From the NCBI RefSeq assembly GCF_006345805.1, contig NW_021832134.1, positions 1 through 64,000 of the forward strand: 64,000 bases of DNA, given 5' to 3'. A program made the position numbers and the translations under genes. The notes beneath the pieces are model-generated. The model was not told the DNA's origin. It was given only the letters and a program-made list of their open reading frames with translations, and made no database searches. This document shows, piece after piece, positions 11,236 through 25,397 of the stretch. This DNA comes from Octopus sinensis. Its lineage: Eukaryota. Positions within the stretch are counted from its first letter, which is position 1, and the number at the start of each line of letters is the position of its first letter.

Positions 11236-12570
11236 TAGTTTTATTTTTATAACGTGCTTTCACTTCACTACCGAGCACAGCTCTGTGTGCCTTGGGTATG
11301 CGCTGTGATTTGTTGTGATGCTCTGATGGTTATTGTATGGAAAGTGTTCTGCGTAGGATGTGTGCAGTGCCTAGTAGTGCAATTTTCTGTATGTTATATG
11401 TGTTTGTAAGTCCTGGTGTTTTTGTTATGTATTTGTCTGAATATTTTTTTATCATGCCTAATGCACCTACTATGATAGGAATTGTTTCTGTTTTCAGATT
11501 CCACATTCTAGTTACCTCTATTTCCAGGTCTTGTTATTTGAGAGGTTTCTCCATTTCTTTTAGGACACGTTGTCATCAGCCTGTATTGATACATCAATTA
11601 GAAAGCATTTTTTTTCTTCATGATCTCTGACAACTATATCTGGTCTGTTGGCCTTAATTTCTCTATCTGTGTGTATCGGCATATCCCAGAGTACGGTTGC
11701 TTTCTCGTTTTCTGTGACCTTTTCTGGTGTGTGCCTATACCATCTTTTTTCTGTTGTTATTCCATAATGTTGGCATAGCTTCCAATGTATGTAGGTTCCA
11801 ACTCTGTCATGTCTGTGAATATATTCCTTCTTAGCCAGGACTGGGCAGCTAGAGATAATATGATTTATTGTTTCTTGTCCATCTCCACATATTCTGCAGT
11901 TACTTGTAATATTTCTTTTCATTACCTGTTTTGGTAATTTCTGGTGGGGAGGCTGTGGTCTTGTGCTGCAATTAAAAATCCCTCTGTTCTGCTTTGAGTC
12001 CTGAGCTCTCAACCATTGCTGGGATTTTTCTTTGTCTATTTCTTTGCGTTTAGTTTAGTGCAGTATTTACCATGAAGGGGCTTTTCTTGCCATCGTTTTA
12101 TCATGGTTCGTGCTGTTCTATTTTTAGTTTGGATTTATTTGTTTTATAGTTTGTTGTTTCTTCTTCTTCTTCTTCTTCATGTTTATTAGGTGGTATGATT
12201 TCTTGTTTGTATTGTCAGCTTCCTAAATACTGAGAACAGTTTTTGTTTTGCTCGTGTTTTGCCGCTATCTGGATCAGTTTTCCTTCCTTCTGAAGTAGAT
12301 TATTTTGCAGACCTATGGTGGTTATTTTATAGTAGTTTTCCAGCTGTATAACTCCTCTACCACCTTCTATACGTTGTATATATAGTCTTTCTATGTCAGA
12401 TTTTGGGTGATGCATCCTAGATCCTGTCATTATTTTTCTTGTTTTCCTATCTATTTTGGTCAGTTCATTTGGTGTCCAGTTAAGGATATTGTAGCTGTAA
12501 CTTATAACTGGGACAGCTAAAGTGTTGATACCTATTATCTTGTTTTTAGCATTGAGCTCTGTGTTTAGTA

Positions 12571-12571
<1 letters not shown>
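11233..12571 (-). mobile_element. 5'-truncated Dong-like retrotransposon inside (TAA)n
   Basis: ILNTELNAKNKI..., HHPKSDIERLY, CRICGDGQETINHIISSCP, RHD, RPDIVV..CFLIDVS. 3'UTR ends AAAACTACTG then (AAT)n. (ATT)n at 11184-11232 and 12572-12648. Confidence 0.95.
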
Positions 12572-12651
<80 letters not shown>

Positions 12652-13671
12652 ATAAACCCACCTTCACTATCACGGAACTCCTACTCATCAGGTCAATAAT
12701 TATTACGCTTTGATCATGACTTTTAAATCTATTCACGTCTTCTTTTTAACAAAAAATATGGTTTTGAATTTCTCTTGAATTTTTCTATATTTCTTTATAA
12801 TCTCTACCTTTGGACGATAGAAGCCACGGAAATGGTGAAGAAAATCTGTTGTGTATAACTGTAAATTATTTTCTTGACTATTTTCTATTCCTTTCATGAT
12901 CTGACCAGTTATGGAGAAAGCTGGTTAGTTGTCATGTTTGGTCCCTTTAAGGCTGTACAATTACTTTCTAGTATCATGCTGTGTTCTGAAATAAAAAAAA
13001 AATAGGGAAAAAACGACGCCCATTGTTGTTGCAGCTCAATAAGCAGAGGTGGTGTAAAGAGTGTGGGACGTTAAAGTAACAGCTCGAAAATCGCTCAGAA
13101 ATACCCCACACTAACCTCTCCCATCACTATCATCGGCTACACCAATATCAAGGATGCTGGCGACAGCGACAGCATGGGACAGAAACCCCAACGTCGTTGA
13201 CGCTGGCAACAGCGATACCATTATCAGCTGCACCTTCGCTGCTAAACACGCGTGCAAAGCAACATGGAGAAAGAGCAGCTACATCAGGAACAGTGATTAG
13301 TTACAACGTAAACAAGACCAATGGAGTTGTAACAGCAGTAGCGCTTGTAGGGATTGACTAGATATGGACCTATCGAAGATCGCATAGGAAGGAGGAGAAA
13401 TGAACGAGGTACGCGACAAAGAACCACACTTCTTTCTCTGAAAAATTATTTTTGGCGGGGGCAATAGAATCGGTGACTTATTTCTGTTTCTCAGTGAAAA
13501 AATAAGGGTTTCTCTACCATCTGGATGGAAGGATTTGAGAATCTCTGATTTACGATTATAAATTTGCTACATCAGATCTGGAAAGAGTTTTAGAATCATA
13601 ACCTTTGTCTCCTAAAAACGGAGAAGGAAGCGAATCACCTGTTGCCCCCATGCGTTGCATATGAACTTATA

Positions 13672-14185
13672 TGTTTCTTTACTACCCACAAGGCACTAAA
13701 CATAGTGGGGACAAACAAGGTCAGACAAACGGATTAAGTCGATTATAACGACCCCAGTGCGTAACTGGTACTTTATTTATCGACCCGAAAGGATGAACGG
13801 CAAAGTCGACCTCGGCGGAATTTGAACTCCGAACGTAACGGCAGACGAAATACGGCTACGCATTTCGCCCGGCGTGCTAACGGTTCTGTCAGCTCGCCGC
13901 CTTAAGGTAAAAACAGACGATATACTTATTTCTTTACTACTCACAAGGGGCTAAACACACAGAGGACAAACAAGGTCAGACAAACGGATTAAGTCGATTA
14001 AGTGCGTAACTGTACTTAATTTATCGACCCCGAAAGGATGAAAGGCAAAGTCGACCTCGGCGGAATTTGAACTCCGAACGTAACGGCAGACGAAATACGG
14101 CTACGCGTTTCGCCCGGCGTGCTAACGGTTCTGCCAGCTCGCCGCCTTAAGGTAAAAACAGACGATATACCATAAAGCATTTCGC
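13672..14185 (-). mobile_element. Dimeric SINE B composite with 15-bp flanking direct repeat
   Basis: Two near-identical B copies (13672-13903, 13927-14148), each preceded on the minus strand by GTATATCGTCTGTTTTTACCTT. GCATATGAACTTATA at 13657-13671 and 14186-14200. Confidence 0.9.
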
Positions 14186-15778
14186 GCATATGAACTTATA
14201 GGTGCTCAGAAGCACACAAGTGTTTCACAGCATTCGAGTAAAGTTGTCGAGCGTACGTCAGTATTGGCAGTCTACAGAGGGTTAACGGAAAATAAGAATG
14301 AAGTGGTCTAGGAGTTGGTAAAATTAATTAAGTTGCGTATTTGAAAAGATTTCAGTCTAGAATCTATGAATAATTTCCAGAAATCCCAGGTGTGATAATA
14401 CAAAAAGAAAGATTGAGGTAGCATTGCCAGTTTGGCGTAAACTATATTGGCATGGATGTGTCAATAGTTGTGCCTCTTCAAGACCCGCACTAGTTCGCTG
14501 TCCGCATATTTGAGAAATGTAGTTTGGTTTTGTTTCTCATTGGGAAGCCCACCTCAACCAAAAATTAATATCCATTTGCTGGTGAATGCTTTATTTAAGA
14601 GGCTGTCATAAATGCAGCTCATGATTAGAACGATGTTCTTGCTCTGTCTGTCTGTTTGTTTGTATCTGTTTCTGTCTGTCTGTCTGGCCGTTTCTCTGAA
14701 ACTTTGAATTACGTGACTCTGAATTTCACGTCTCTTATCTCCGAAGGAAATCTAAAGAATGCAAACGTGTTAATTAGAATAATCGGAACAACAGGAAAAC
14801 AAACACAAACGTTTGGATGCATATGCGAAAATGAGATAAACCAATTTAAATATAAATGAAATATTTGCTATTATTATGGAACAACAAAATTTCTTCCCAT
14901 TAATTGCGCGTATTTTAAGCTACAAACCTTCACCAAACGCCATACATGCTCAGATATGTCTAAATGCTAGTATGCTAACGAATGAATGTACCGAGGCGAG
15001 AAAGTTAGAAAAGTAAGTAATTAAATGTATTGTAAGAAACAGTGTATATCTCGTTTAACTTCAAATCTCACTTTGAACTCTCCATTCAATTCGCGAAGTC
15101 GTATATAGTAAACAGTATGCGAACTAGCCAGAAAGGGAAGCGAAATAGGTAAAAGATAAGAACACGAAAAAAAGTAAAAAAAAAATAGAAACAATGAGAA
15201 TGTGGTTATCAAACTTCTCATTAAAAAGTGTTTTATGAAAATTGCATAGTAGACATTTAGCTGCATGCGAATAATTATAAAGAATATAATTTCTGGAGTT
15301 CAAGATCTTATTCAGTGATTAGCAAGCAAAGATGCAAAAGGCTGCTTATTTCTATTGTTACCATTTTTGTAAGCTGGCTCAAAAAAAAAAAAAAAAAAAA
15401 AGACTAAATTCTATCAAAAGAACAGTCAAAAGTTCCTCCAGTTTCGAAATATATCTGAAAAGACGAATTGGAAATGTTTTGTTTGATTTTCTAAGGAATG
15501 TGTAAGTACGTAATATGAAGTTTTGAATTTATTTGTTATCGTACTGTTGTTGAATTTTTGTTGAAAGCTATTTGGAAAGAACTAGCAAGACAGTTTCCAT
15601 TAAGCGGGCAGTTACACTGGTTCATACATTTACAAGTGAGTTCGGTGATGATATTACTATTGTTTGACTTGTATTAATGAAATTCACGATTAGAAACATT
15701 TTGGCAACAAGAGTAAAAATTTATCAATATTTCTATTAAAGATTTTATAACATCTGTTTTCTGACAAACTAAAGTAAT

Positions 15779-15881
<103 letters not shown>

Positions 15882-16319
15882 GTGCACCGTTTTCATTTCT
15901 TTTCTCCCTTTCTGTTTTCGTTCTTTTTTCCCCTAAATTGTTTCTTCATTTCCCTCACTCTATATTTTTCAGTCTTCCATTTTCCCTTAATATTTCTCTT
16001 ACATGCTTGCTGTCAATTCCATATACATTTGCATTTCTTTATCGACCACACTGTAATTTAATAGTTGCGAAGATATGTTATGCATATAGTTAACGACAAA
16101 GTTAAAATATTCCTAACATTATACAGGAGTAACTTAAAATGACAAGTGCCAATTGACATAGGCTTATCTTTCGTATGAACTGACTGTATTTCATCAATGC
16201 TTTTATTATTGATTCACAGCATCACCGCCATTTCAAATACACCTCCGTCAGTAGGTGGATGTTACTATTTATTGTTTAATTAGAATTACGAAGATGGTAT
16301 GTTGATCAATAATATCATT

Positions 16320-16745
16320 GTTCTTGTTGTTGGTTTTGTTGTTATTCTTATTCAACCTCTTCAGTTTCTCCTTTTCTTTTTCCTCCTTGTCCGCTTCCTC
16401 ATCTTCTTGCTCTTTCTCATTGATCATTTCTTCTTCTTCTTCTTCTTCTTCTTCTTCTTCTTCTCTTCTTCTTCTTCTATCCACTTCTTTCTCTATATTG
16501 TTGTTGTTGTTGTTGTTGTTCTTCTTCTTCTTGTTCTTGTTCTTCTCCTCCTCCTCCTCCACCTTCTTCTTCTTTTTCTTCTTCTATCCACTTCTTTTTC
16601 TATTTCGTTGGTATTATTGTTGTTTATCTTTATCTCCTCCACCTCTCCTTCTCCTTATCCTCTCCTCCCACCCTTCCGCCTCCTCCCATTCTTCTTCATC
16701 GCCTCTCCCCATTCTTCTCTGTTATCTTCTTGTTCGTCTTCTTCG
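16320..16745. repeat. Degenerate CTT/GTT/CCT triplet tract
   Basis: Direct reading. Confidence 0.9.
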
Positions 16746-17384
16746 CGTAGAACTATTCAATGTTAACACCGACATTTTACAGTTTACGAATACGTTTTTA
16801 AGTTAACATGTAAAAATGCTGTTATCATTGTTAAACAAAACAATATAAAAAAAAAGAAAAATTACTCATGGCCAGAAAAAATGTTCAAAGCAAACAAAGA
16901 CTATGAGAATTTCCTGACAATATTTACAGATCCTTAGTATTGCAATTTTTCTGCAAAGTGAGTATATCTATTTTAATCAGTAATTTGTCACAGGTCTTGC
17001 AGAAAAAAGCTGTATGTATTAGTGCAGATGTATCAATTTCAATAACATATTTTAACATAACCAGTACCTGACATTTTAATACCAACAGCTCACGCGGCTC
17101 TTGTGTATATTCTAACACAACGTGTGAAACATTAAAATAACAACAGAAACAATAAACCAACATTCTCTCAACAGCAATGCCAAACTGATATGAAATATAA
17201 ATACAACTCGGTGTGTAATTCTCAAACACAATACTGCACACATACTCCACCACCGAAAAAAAAAAGGCTGGTGCGCATCCAGTGATGCAAGAGAAACTAT
17301 TATGAAACTGTTGAAAACAGTTTTATAAGTGTTTAATTACTATTATCATCATCATCATCATCATTATCATTATTATTATTATTA

Positions 17385-17433
<49 letters not shown>

Positions 17434-17459
17434 TATTATGGCATATATAAATATATACA

Positions 17460-17497
<38 letters not shown>

Positions 17498-18157
17498 CAT
17501 TAAAAAAGTAAATATAATTTTAAAAAAATCTTTGTTATATTTAATAAGAGTGTATCAAGTAATTTTTCACAGATTTATAATATATATATATATAGAATAT
17601 ATTTATATATTTATATATATACATCCATCCATCCATCATCCATCCATATTATATATATATATATTATATATATATAAATATATATACATATATATATACA
17701 CATCCATATATGTATCATATATACATATATACAATATATATATATATTATATATATATATATATATTTATATATATACATATGTATCATCCACATACATA
17801 CGAAGTTTCTCATTGAAAAAACGGAGACTGTAGGTAGAAGAATGAGGTGGAAGACTTCCTTTGACAACAAAGCCAATCTCATTCCCCAAACACTAATGTC
17901 TAGCACGAAACAAATTGCTATAAAATCTTAAAATCAAAATGTTACGAAATATTTATCTAATGTTTTCTAATGGTAAAAATGGTATCGTTCAAAGATTACT
18001 TTTTAGCAATTTTCAAGCTCATAAAAACTTATTTTGCAATAATTCCAAGTACATATATACTGTATCTTTAGACAAAATTCTATATCAGATAGATTTTCTA
18101 ACGAATGATATGCTTTTGTAAAAAAAAAAAAAAACTACGAAAGGGAGTTGAACGCTA

Positions 18158-18537
18158 GTGTTCTTTTGTACTCTAAGCACAAGGCCCGAAATTTTTGGGG
18201 GTAGAGGCCAGTTGATTAAATCGACTCTAGTACACAACTGGCACTTAACTTATCGATCCCTAAAGGATGAAAGGCAAAGCCGACTTTGAACTCAGAACGT
18301 AAAAATAGACTAAATACATATTTCTTTACTACTCACAAGGAGACAAACACAGAGGGGACAAACAGATTAAGTCGATTACATCGACCCTAGTGCGTAACTG
18401 GTACTTAACTTATCGACCCCGAAAGGATGAAAGGCAAAGTTGACCTCGGCGGAATTTGAACTCAGAACGTAACGGCAGACGAAATACGCCTACGCATTTC
18501 GCCTGGCGTGCTAACGTTTCTGCCAGCTCGACGCCTT
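18158..18537 (-). mobile_element. SINE B (full) fused to a head-less B variant
   Basis: Full B at 18322-18537. Its tail abuts GTATTTAGTCT of a second, diverged copy with the GGGCCTTGTGCTTAGAGTAC tail. Confidence 0.85.
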
Positions 18538-18625
18538 ATGAACACATAGTATTAAATAACATGAAGTCGAATTTGCAGTGTGATCTCTAGAATAAACGAT
18601 TTAAAAGCACTATACTTTTAGTAGT

Positions 18626-18895
18626 GGAGGCACATGGCCTAGTGGTTAGAACAGCGGACTCACGGTCGAGGGATCGCGGGTTCGAATCTCAAACCAGGCG
18701 ATGTGTGTGTTTATGAGCGAAACACCTAAGCTCCACGCGGCTCCGGTAGAAGGTAATGGCGAACTTCTGCTGACTCTTTCGCCACAGCTTTCTCTCACTC
18801 TTTTCTCTTGCAGTTCACCTGCGACGGACAGGCGTCCCGTCCCTATACGCCAAGGAAACCGGGAGTCCGGCCCTTACGAGAGGAACAAACAACAA
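18626..18895 (+). mobile_element. SINE family C, tail type 2 (V-like)
   Basis: GGAGGCACATGGCCTAGTGGTTAG head, GGTTCGAATCTC B-box, tail ACCTGCGACGGACAGGCGTCCCGTCC...GGAAACCGGG. Confidence 0.8.
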
Positions 18896-20341
18896 AACCT
18901 TTAGCATGTATTGAAAACTACCTTAAATATAGATACATAAATATATCGGCGAGAAGTGCATGTCGGGTTTGCTAAAATGTAGCAACCAGTCCATTCATTT
19001 ATTTATAATTGCATACATTCTTATAATGCACTCTTAAATACTAGCGAGTATAGTTGCATACGTATTCATATACATGAAGTTATACAAAAGAATACTTATT
19101 CCCCCCCCCCTTTCCCTCTTTGATATCGATTTCCATTTTAAAACTATCCTAAAACCTGTCTAGCGAAATGCTCAATCAGAACCCTTAAAAGCAATTCTGT
19201 ATTTCTCTACTATACATTATAGATGCTATATGTGCGATAAAGATTGAAAATTATCAGCAAAATGTTATTTAGTTCTTATTTTTTCCCTAGTTTTATTCAC
19301 AATAAAGTGAAAAAAAAAAAGAAAGAAAAAATTAGCTTTGTTTTAAATTTTTGATTGTCACGGATTTTGCATTTTAAAACTATTATATATAGCAAAGTGT
19401 TCGGTCGAATTATAAAACGATGCTTAATTTTGTGATCAGACCATTAAGTTTGATTAATTTAAAAACTGTTCTTTTTGCTTCTCTTTAATTACTTTTTGTT
19501 TTATTCTTCCTCTCGGTTCTCGATCTTCTGTTTATTACCCAGTTTTCCTATCAAAAGACAAATGTAACCACTCTGATGAAATATTATTTATCTTCTCTTT
19601 GTGTAACGTCGGAAAAATTTTTCACTATTAATCCTGTAATTTTTGCTGAGCACGATCAGATAAGGGATTTTAAAATTGCACATTAATTTGCATTGGTTGT
19701 TATCTAATTTTCTTCTGTGATGTCGCTCTGATGTAGTTGAGATGATACAAAATATCAGAAGTATTCAGTTTGGTCTTGTCATCATATATTCCACCCGAAT
19801 CGACGTTGCCTTTTATCATTCTAGTATCGGATCAGCCATAGATTATATAATAAACGTCGATTCGATTGATTACAGTTCAAGATAACGAGGAAGAGGCAAG
19901 GGTGGTTGATCAATCTGGTAGAAATGCCGAACAAATCTCACCTCAAAGTACACTATATTTATGCACACACACACACATACACACACACGTATGTATGAAA
20001 GATTCATTGGATACTATGCAGGAAAACTGCTGGCACGGTTTCGATCTTAACCCAGATCGATCAGATCTTCTTGATAAATTAGTGACGGAATAATCATGAA
20101 GAAAGTGTAGAAAATTATACGTACGCTGGTGTAGAAGAATGATCCAGAAGAATAAATAACTCAGAGATGCTATCTGCTTGAAAACTGATAATTAAGTTTA
20201 GTGTAAAATTAAATTTAAGAAAACATTAAGAATCTAAGCAGAAATAATTATTCAGTGGAATAAAAGCAACATTAACCAATGACGAAACGTTGTGTTAACA
20301 ACAAACAAGATGAGGACAAATATCCGTCAAATGTAAATAAT

Positions 20342-20735
20342 GGCGCAGGAGTGGCTGTGTGATAAGTAGCTTGCTGACCAACCACATAGTTCCGGGTTCA
20401 GTCCCACTGCGTGGCACCTTGGGCAAGTATCTTCTACTATAGCCTCGGGCCGACCAAAGCCTTGTGAGTAGATTTGGTAGACGGAAACTGAAAGAAGCCT
20501 GTCGTATATATATATATTTATATATATGTATGTATATGCTTGTGTGTCTGTGTTTGTTCCCCCCCCCCCAACATCGCTTGACAACCGATGCTGGCGTGTT
20601 TACGTCCCGGTAACTTAGCGGTTCGGCGAAAAAGACCGATAGAATAAGTACTAGGCGTGCAAAGAATAAGTCCTGGGGTCGATTTGCTCGACTAAAGGCG
20701 GTGCTCCGGCATGACCGAAGTCAAATGACTGAAAT
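20342..20735 (+). mobile_element. SINE family A, full length
   Basis: Same head and 3' half as 6245. Confidence 0.9.
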
Positions 20736-21268
20736 ATAAAAAAGGAATGTAAATAATGGACTAATATTATTACTTTAGCATGTATTGGAGACAAGGATGG
20801 ATATGCTTAGACTTGATCCCTTGTAACATTTAGCTTCGTTTCTGTACACGTTAATCTCCCACCCCGCTAAGGTTAAATTTACTCTAGTCATTATCTAGGG
20901 TTGTAGAAGCCATTAATGCTCTAGTCATTTCCTAAGGTTGTAGAAGCTCATTATTATAACAAGATGTATGATACTAATTATCTCCCTCTAATTCCAATAT
21001 AAAAAAAACTAAGATGAATAGTAATTGTATCGGCAGGGTATAAAAGTATAAACACCTCTCTTTCTGAGAAATAGTCATTTCTCCTCTCTCTAACACACAC
21101 GTCACACACATACATGCACTCATACATGCATACATTTATACACTCATATATACGGGCATCTTTCTTTCTTTCTTTCTTCCTTTCTTCTTTTCCTTCCTTC
21201 CTTCCTTCCTTCCTTCTTTTCTGTTTCTGTCTATCTATGTGTCTGTCTGTATGCAAACATACACACAG

Positions 21269-21337
<69 letters not shown>

Positions 21338-21785
21338 GATCCGTACACACACACGCACACACGTATATGTGCATATACTGACATTCCTACACCCATACAC
21401 AACACGCACATTTATATTAATGACATAACCTGTGCTACGAATGCTATAGTATTAATACTGTCCACGACCTAACCGAAACTTGGTTCCACATTTTCGCAAA
21501 CTCGTAGTCTCTGATTATTTCTGTTATTCGTAAGCACATTGCAGGGAAACGTGTTTCCATTGATAAACAAAGCAATGGAATACAGCAGCGGGTAATTAAA
21601 CCTTTGATTTCTCAACGATTTAATTAATCTTTGCTATATCTTAGTGCTTCATAATTGCTGCCGTGTGTAAGATTTCCTTTGTTCTAAGTTAACTTCTTTA
21701 CATACGACACACAAAACATCATCTACGCCATCTTGGTTAAAGAATGAACTGCTCTTTCTATTTACCGAGTCCTATCTCTCTATAT

Positions 21786-22235
21786 TCTTTTCTACTCTAG
21801 AAACAAGGCCCGGAATTTTTGTGGAGGGGGCCACAAAAGATGAATAGTTTAGATCGACTCCAATACACATCTAGTACTTAATTTATCGACCCCGAAAGAA
21901 TGAAAGGTAAAGTCGACCTCGGCGGAATCAGAACTCAGAACGTAAAAGACAGACGAAATACCGCTAAGCATTTTGCCCGGCGTGCTAACGTTTTGCCAGC
22001 TCGTCGCCTTCTTTAATAGAAATATTCTTTTCTACTCTAGGCAGAAGGCCCGACATTTTTAGGGAGGGTGATAGTCGATTAAATCGACCTCAGTACGCAA
22101 CTGGTATTTAATTTATCGACCCCAAAATGATGAAAGGCAAAGTCAACCTCGGCGGAATTTGAACTCAGAACGTAAAGACAGACGAAATAAATATTTCTTT
22201 ACTACCCACAAGGGGCTAAACGCAGACTGTTGAGC
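21786..22235 (-). mobile_element. Cluster of three SINE B pieces
   Basis: Full B variant 21786-22010, head-less variant 22021-22190, B tail fragment 22191-22235. Confidence 0.85.
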
Positions 22236-22399
22236 AAAATTTAAATATGAACTCTTCCCCAAATTTGTGCATGTCAACTTTTATTCTCTCTCTCTCTTTG
22301 TATACATACATACATACATGCATACATACACACACGCGCGCGTGTATATGTGCCTATGCTTAGATATGTGTTGGACAGAACAGGTTCCCACAGATCTAA

Positions 22400-22720
22400 T
22401 ATGAAACAGAATACTTTAAAGTATTCAAAAATCTTTGGCCGATGATACTTGCCCAGTGTGATGCCCACTGGGATCAAAATAGGGTCCGAAGGTTTGTTTT
22501 GGATTCCTTTCTCTATAACTGGAGTCAAATATTCATGAGTCATATTATAGCCGAATCGTTGTTTGTGTAACATTCGTCTACTCGAACAGACGAAGGTCTG
22601 TACCCAGGCAATGTCTCTGCGTATTGCTTCTTATAGCTGTCGCTCTCTCAGCCCATTAATTTACAACAAGACAAAACCTTCAGGCATCGCGTCAACGGAT
22701 GAACATCTTCTTGGTCAATT
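22400..22720 (-). pseudogene. Possible AP-endonuclease N-terminal relic of a non-LTR ORF2
   Basis: Minus frame *INGLRERQL*EAIRRDIAWVQTF resembles the NxNGL...DIxxxQET motif; two stops. Confidence 0.3.
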
Positions 22721-22745
22721 GTCTGCTACAAATAGTAACCACAAA

Positions 22746-22978
22746 AAAGCGGCGAGCTGGCAGAAACGCTAGGACGCCGGGCGAAATGCTTAACGGTATT
22801 TCATCTGCCGCTACGTTTTGAGTTCAAATTCCGCCGAGGTCGACTTTGCCTTTCATCCTTTCGGGGTCGATTAAGTAAATACCAGTTACGAACTGGGGTC
22901 GATATAATCGACTTAATCCGTTTGTGTATCCTTGCTCGTCCCCTCTAAGTGTCGCCCCTTGTGGGCAGTAAAGAAATA
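22746..22978 (+). mobile_element. SINE family B, full length
   Basis: GCGGCGAGCTGGCAGAAACG ... GAGTTCAAATTCCGCCGAGGTCGAC ... GTGGGCAGTAAAGAAATA. Confidence 0.9.
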
Positions 22979-23336
22979 AGACATAGTAACCACAAATTTT
23001 GCAAATTCCACTCTTAAAAATAAAAGGGAATATGTTGGACGGTATAGTTTTATGTACAATGTTTAATATGAACCTCTATTGTGTCTGAAAATATGACGTA
23101 ATGATCATTGTTGGAACACCTTTGATCATAGGTCTGCTAAATTAGGGCCGTCTTGGGGAAAAAACCGCCGCCGCTACACCACCACAAATCAGCACTGGCA
23201 CAAAGTAATTATTCCATTAATCTAATTGATAAGTGGTTATCGATGTGCTGCTACAGATGAAAGAAAGGGTCGGCGTATAATTATTGATGAAGATGACGTT
23301 AGCTTTCGGTGTTAAATTCAAATAACCTTTCGGGTG

Positions 23337-23395
23337 ATACATACATGCATACATACATAATGCATATATATACATACATACATACATACATATAC

Positions 23396-23444
<49 letters not shown>

Positions 23445-23499
23445 ATATATTATATATATATATATAATATATATCTATATATATATATATATATATCTA

Positions 23500-23560
<61 letters not shown>

Positions 23561-23870
23561 AATATATATGTAGTGTATTTATATATATGCATATATATAT
23601 ACGCGTATATACACTCATACACATACACACACATATATATACATATAAATATGCGTTCCTGTATGGTTGCGCAATATCAACAATAGAATAGGTAATGTGT
23701 ATGTATGTATGCTTGTATGTATTTATCTGTCTGCCTGTCTATCTATTTATGTATTTCTTTATACGATTATTCATATACATATATATATATATCATTATAT
23801 ATATGTACAAATATACATACATACATACATACATACATACTACATACATACATACATACATACATACATC

Positions 23871-23926
<56 letters not shown>

Positions 23927-23935
23927 ATATATATA
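23337..23935. repeat. (TACA)n/(TA)n compound microsatellites
   Basis: Direct reading. Confidence 0.9.
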
Positions 23936-24176
23936 ATTTCTGGTAGGGACACCGTTTTTCTGAAAGGTAGGACATAGTATTAATTGGTAGTATTTATGGG
24001 TGCTAAGCGAAGTACGTTGTCCTTATCAGCAATTAATATGTATGTACCAGTTGCCGGGAATGTGTTTAATATGTAAATTGATCTAGGAGAAGCATTTTAA
24101 GCACGTTGTTAATGGACGATTAATGGGTTGGATGTGATGCTGAGGAAGGAGCAATTAGTCATGAAATATGCATATA

Positions 24177-24973
24177 CAAGATGTCCCAGAAGTCACTAAG
24201 GAGTTTCAATTTTTAATAACTTCCTTAATTTTACAAATAAATGCATGAAATTTTGATACAATGTAAAGGACATAATTGAAATTAATGTGCACAAGTTAAA
24301 TTTTGTAACACCACTACATCACTTAGGAAAAAGGACATCGCTTAAATGACTTTGATGTTCTCTTTCAGTTGTGCCAGGGTCTCCGGTTTGCTGACGTAAG
24401 CACTCTTTCAGGTATCCTCACAAGAAAAAATCCGGGGTAGTCAAATCTGGGGAAGCTGAAGGCCATTCAATGTAGCTCTTACACATGGTTCCAGCAAGAT
24501 GGGGCAACTGCTCATACTGTAAGAGAAACAATGCAGTTGCTACGGCAGTGTCTTGGAAAGAGAATAATCTCCCGCTACGACAATGTCAACTGGCCTTCAC
24601 GTTTCCCAGACTTGACTAGCACGGATTTTTTTCTTGTGGGGATACCTGAAAGAGAGAATTTACGCCAACAAACCGGAGGTCCCGGTGCAACTGAAGGAGA
24701 ACATCAATAGAGAAATCAGAGAAGTGGGGTCTAAAACTCTTGAGAGAGTTATGGTGCAAGTTTTGGAGAGAGTACAGGTGTGCGAAGCCGATGATGGCAG
24801 CCATTTAAGCGATGTCATTTTTTATGTGTGATGTAGTAGTGTTTCAAAATTTGATTTGTGAAAATTAATTTCCGTTATGTTCTTTACAATGTAACAAAAT
24901 TTCATGCATTTATTTGAAAAGTTAAGGACGTTATTAAAACTTGAAACCCATCAGGGACTTTTGGGACAACCTG
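24177..24973. mobile_element. Tc1/mariner-derived fold-back made of two inverted transposase 3' ends
   Basis: TA-CAAGATGTCCCAGAAGTC ... GACTTTTGGGACAACCTG-TA. Right arm encodes WFQQDGATAH...WPSRFPDLTSTDFFLWGYLK...SHLSDVIFYV*. Left arm is a diverged inverted copy of the same region. Confidence 0.9.
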
Positions 24974-25075
24974 TACATCCGTTACATGTTTTGTCTCTTC
25001 GATCGCATTATTTACGTAGACGTATTCGTATAAGAAACGTCGTAACTTTCAGAGCTGGCTCTAAATTCTACAGAA

Positions 25076-25152
<77 letters not shown>

Positions 25153-25153
25153 G

Positions 25154-25239
<86 letters not shown>

Positions 25240-25240
25240 C
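25076..25240. repeat. (TATC)n microsatellite
   Basis: Direct reading. Confidence 0.95.
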
Positions 25241-25397
25241 ACCGTTTTCTTTTCTTTTCTCCCTTATAGATAGATAGATTATCTATCTATCTATAGATAT
25301 ATAGGGAGAATTCACGAAAAAGAAACAAAAGACGAAGACAGGTGGTGCAGAAAACAAACAGATGTATTAGTATAACGCTCGAGAATTGAAAAAGTAT

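Noticed and set aside
12660-12695. CTGATGAG on the minus strand as a hammerhead core
   Set aside because: No stem II closing into GAAA downstream
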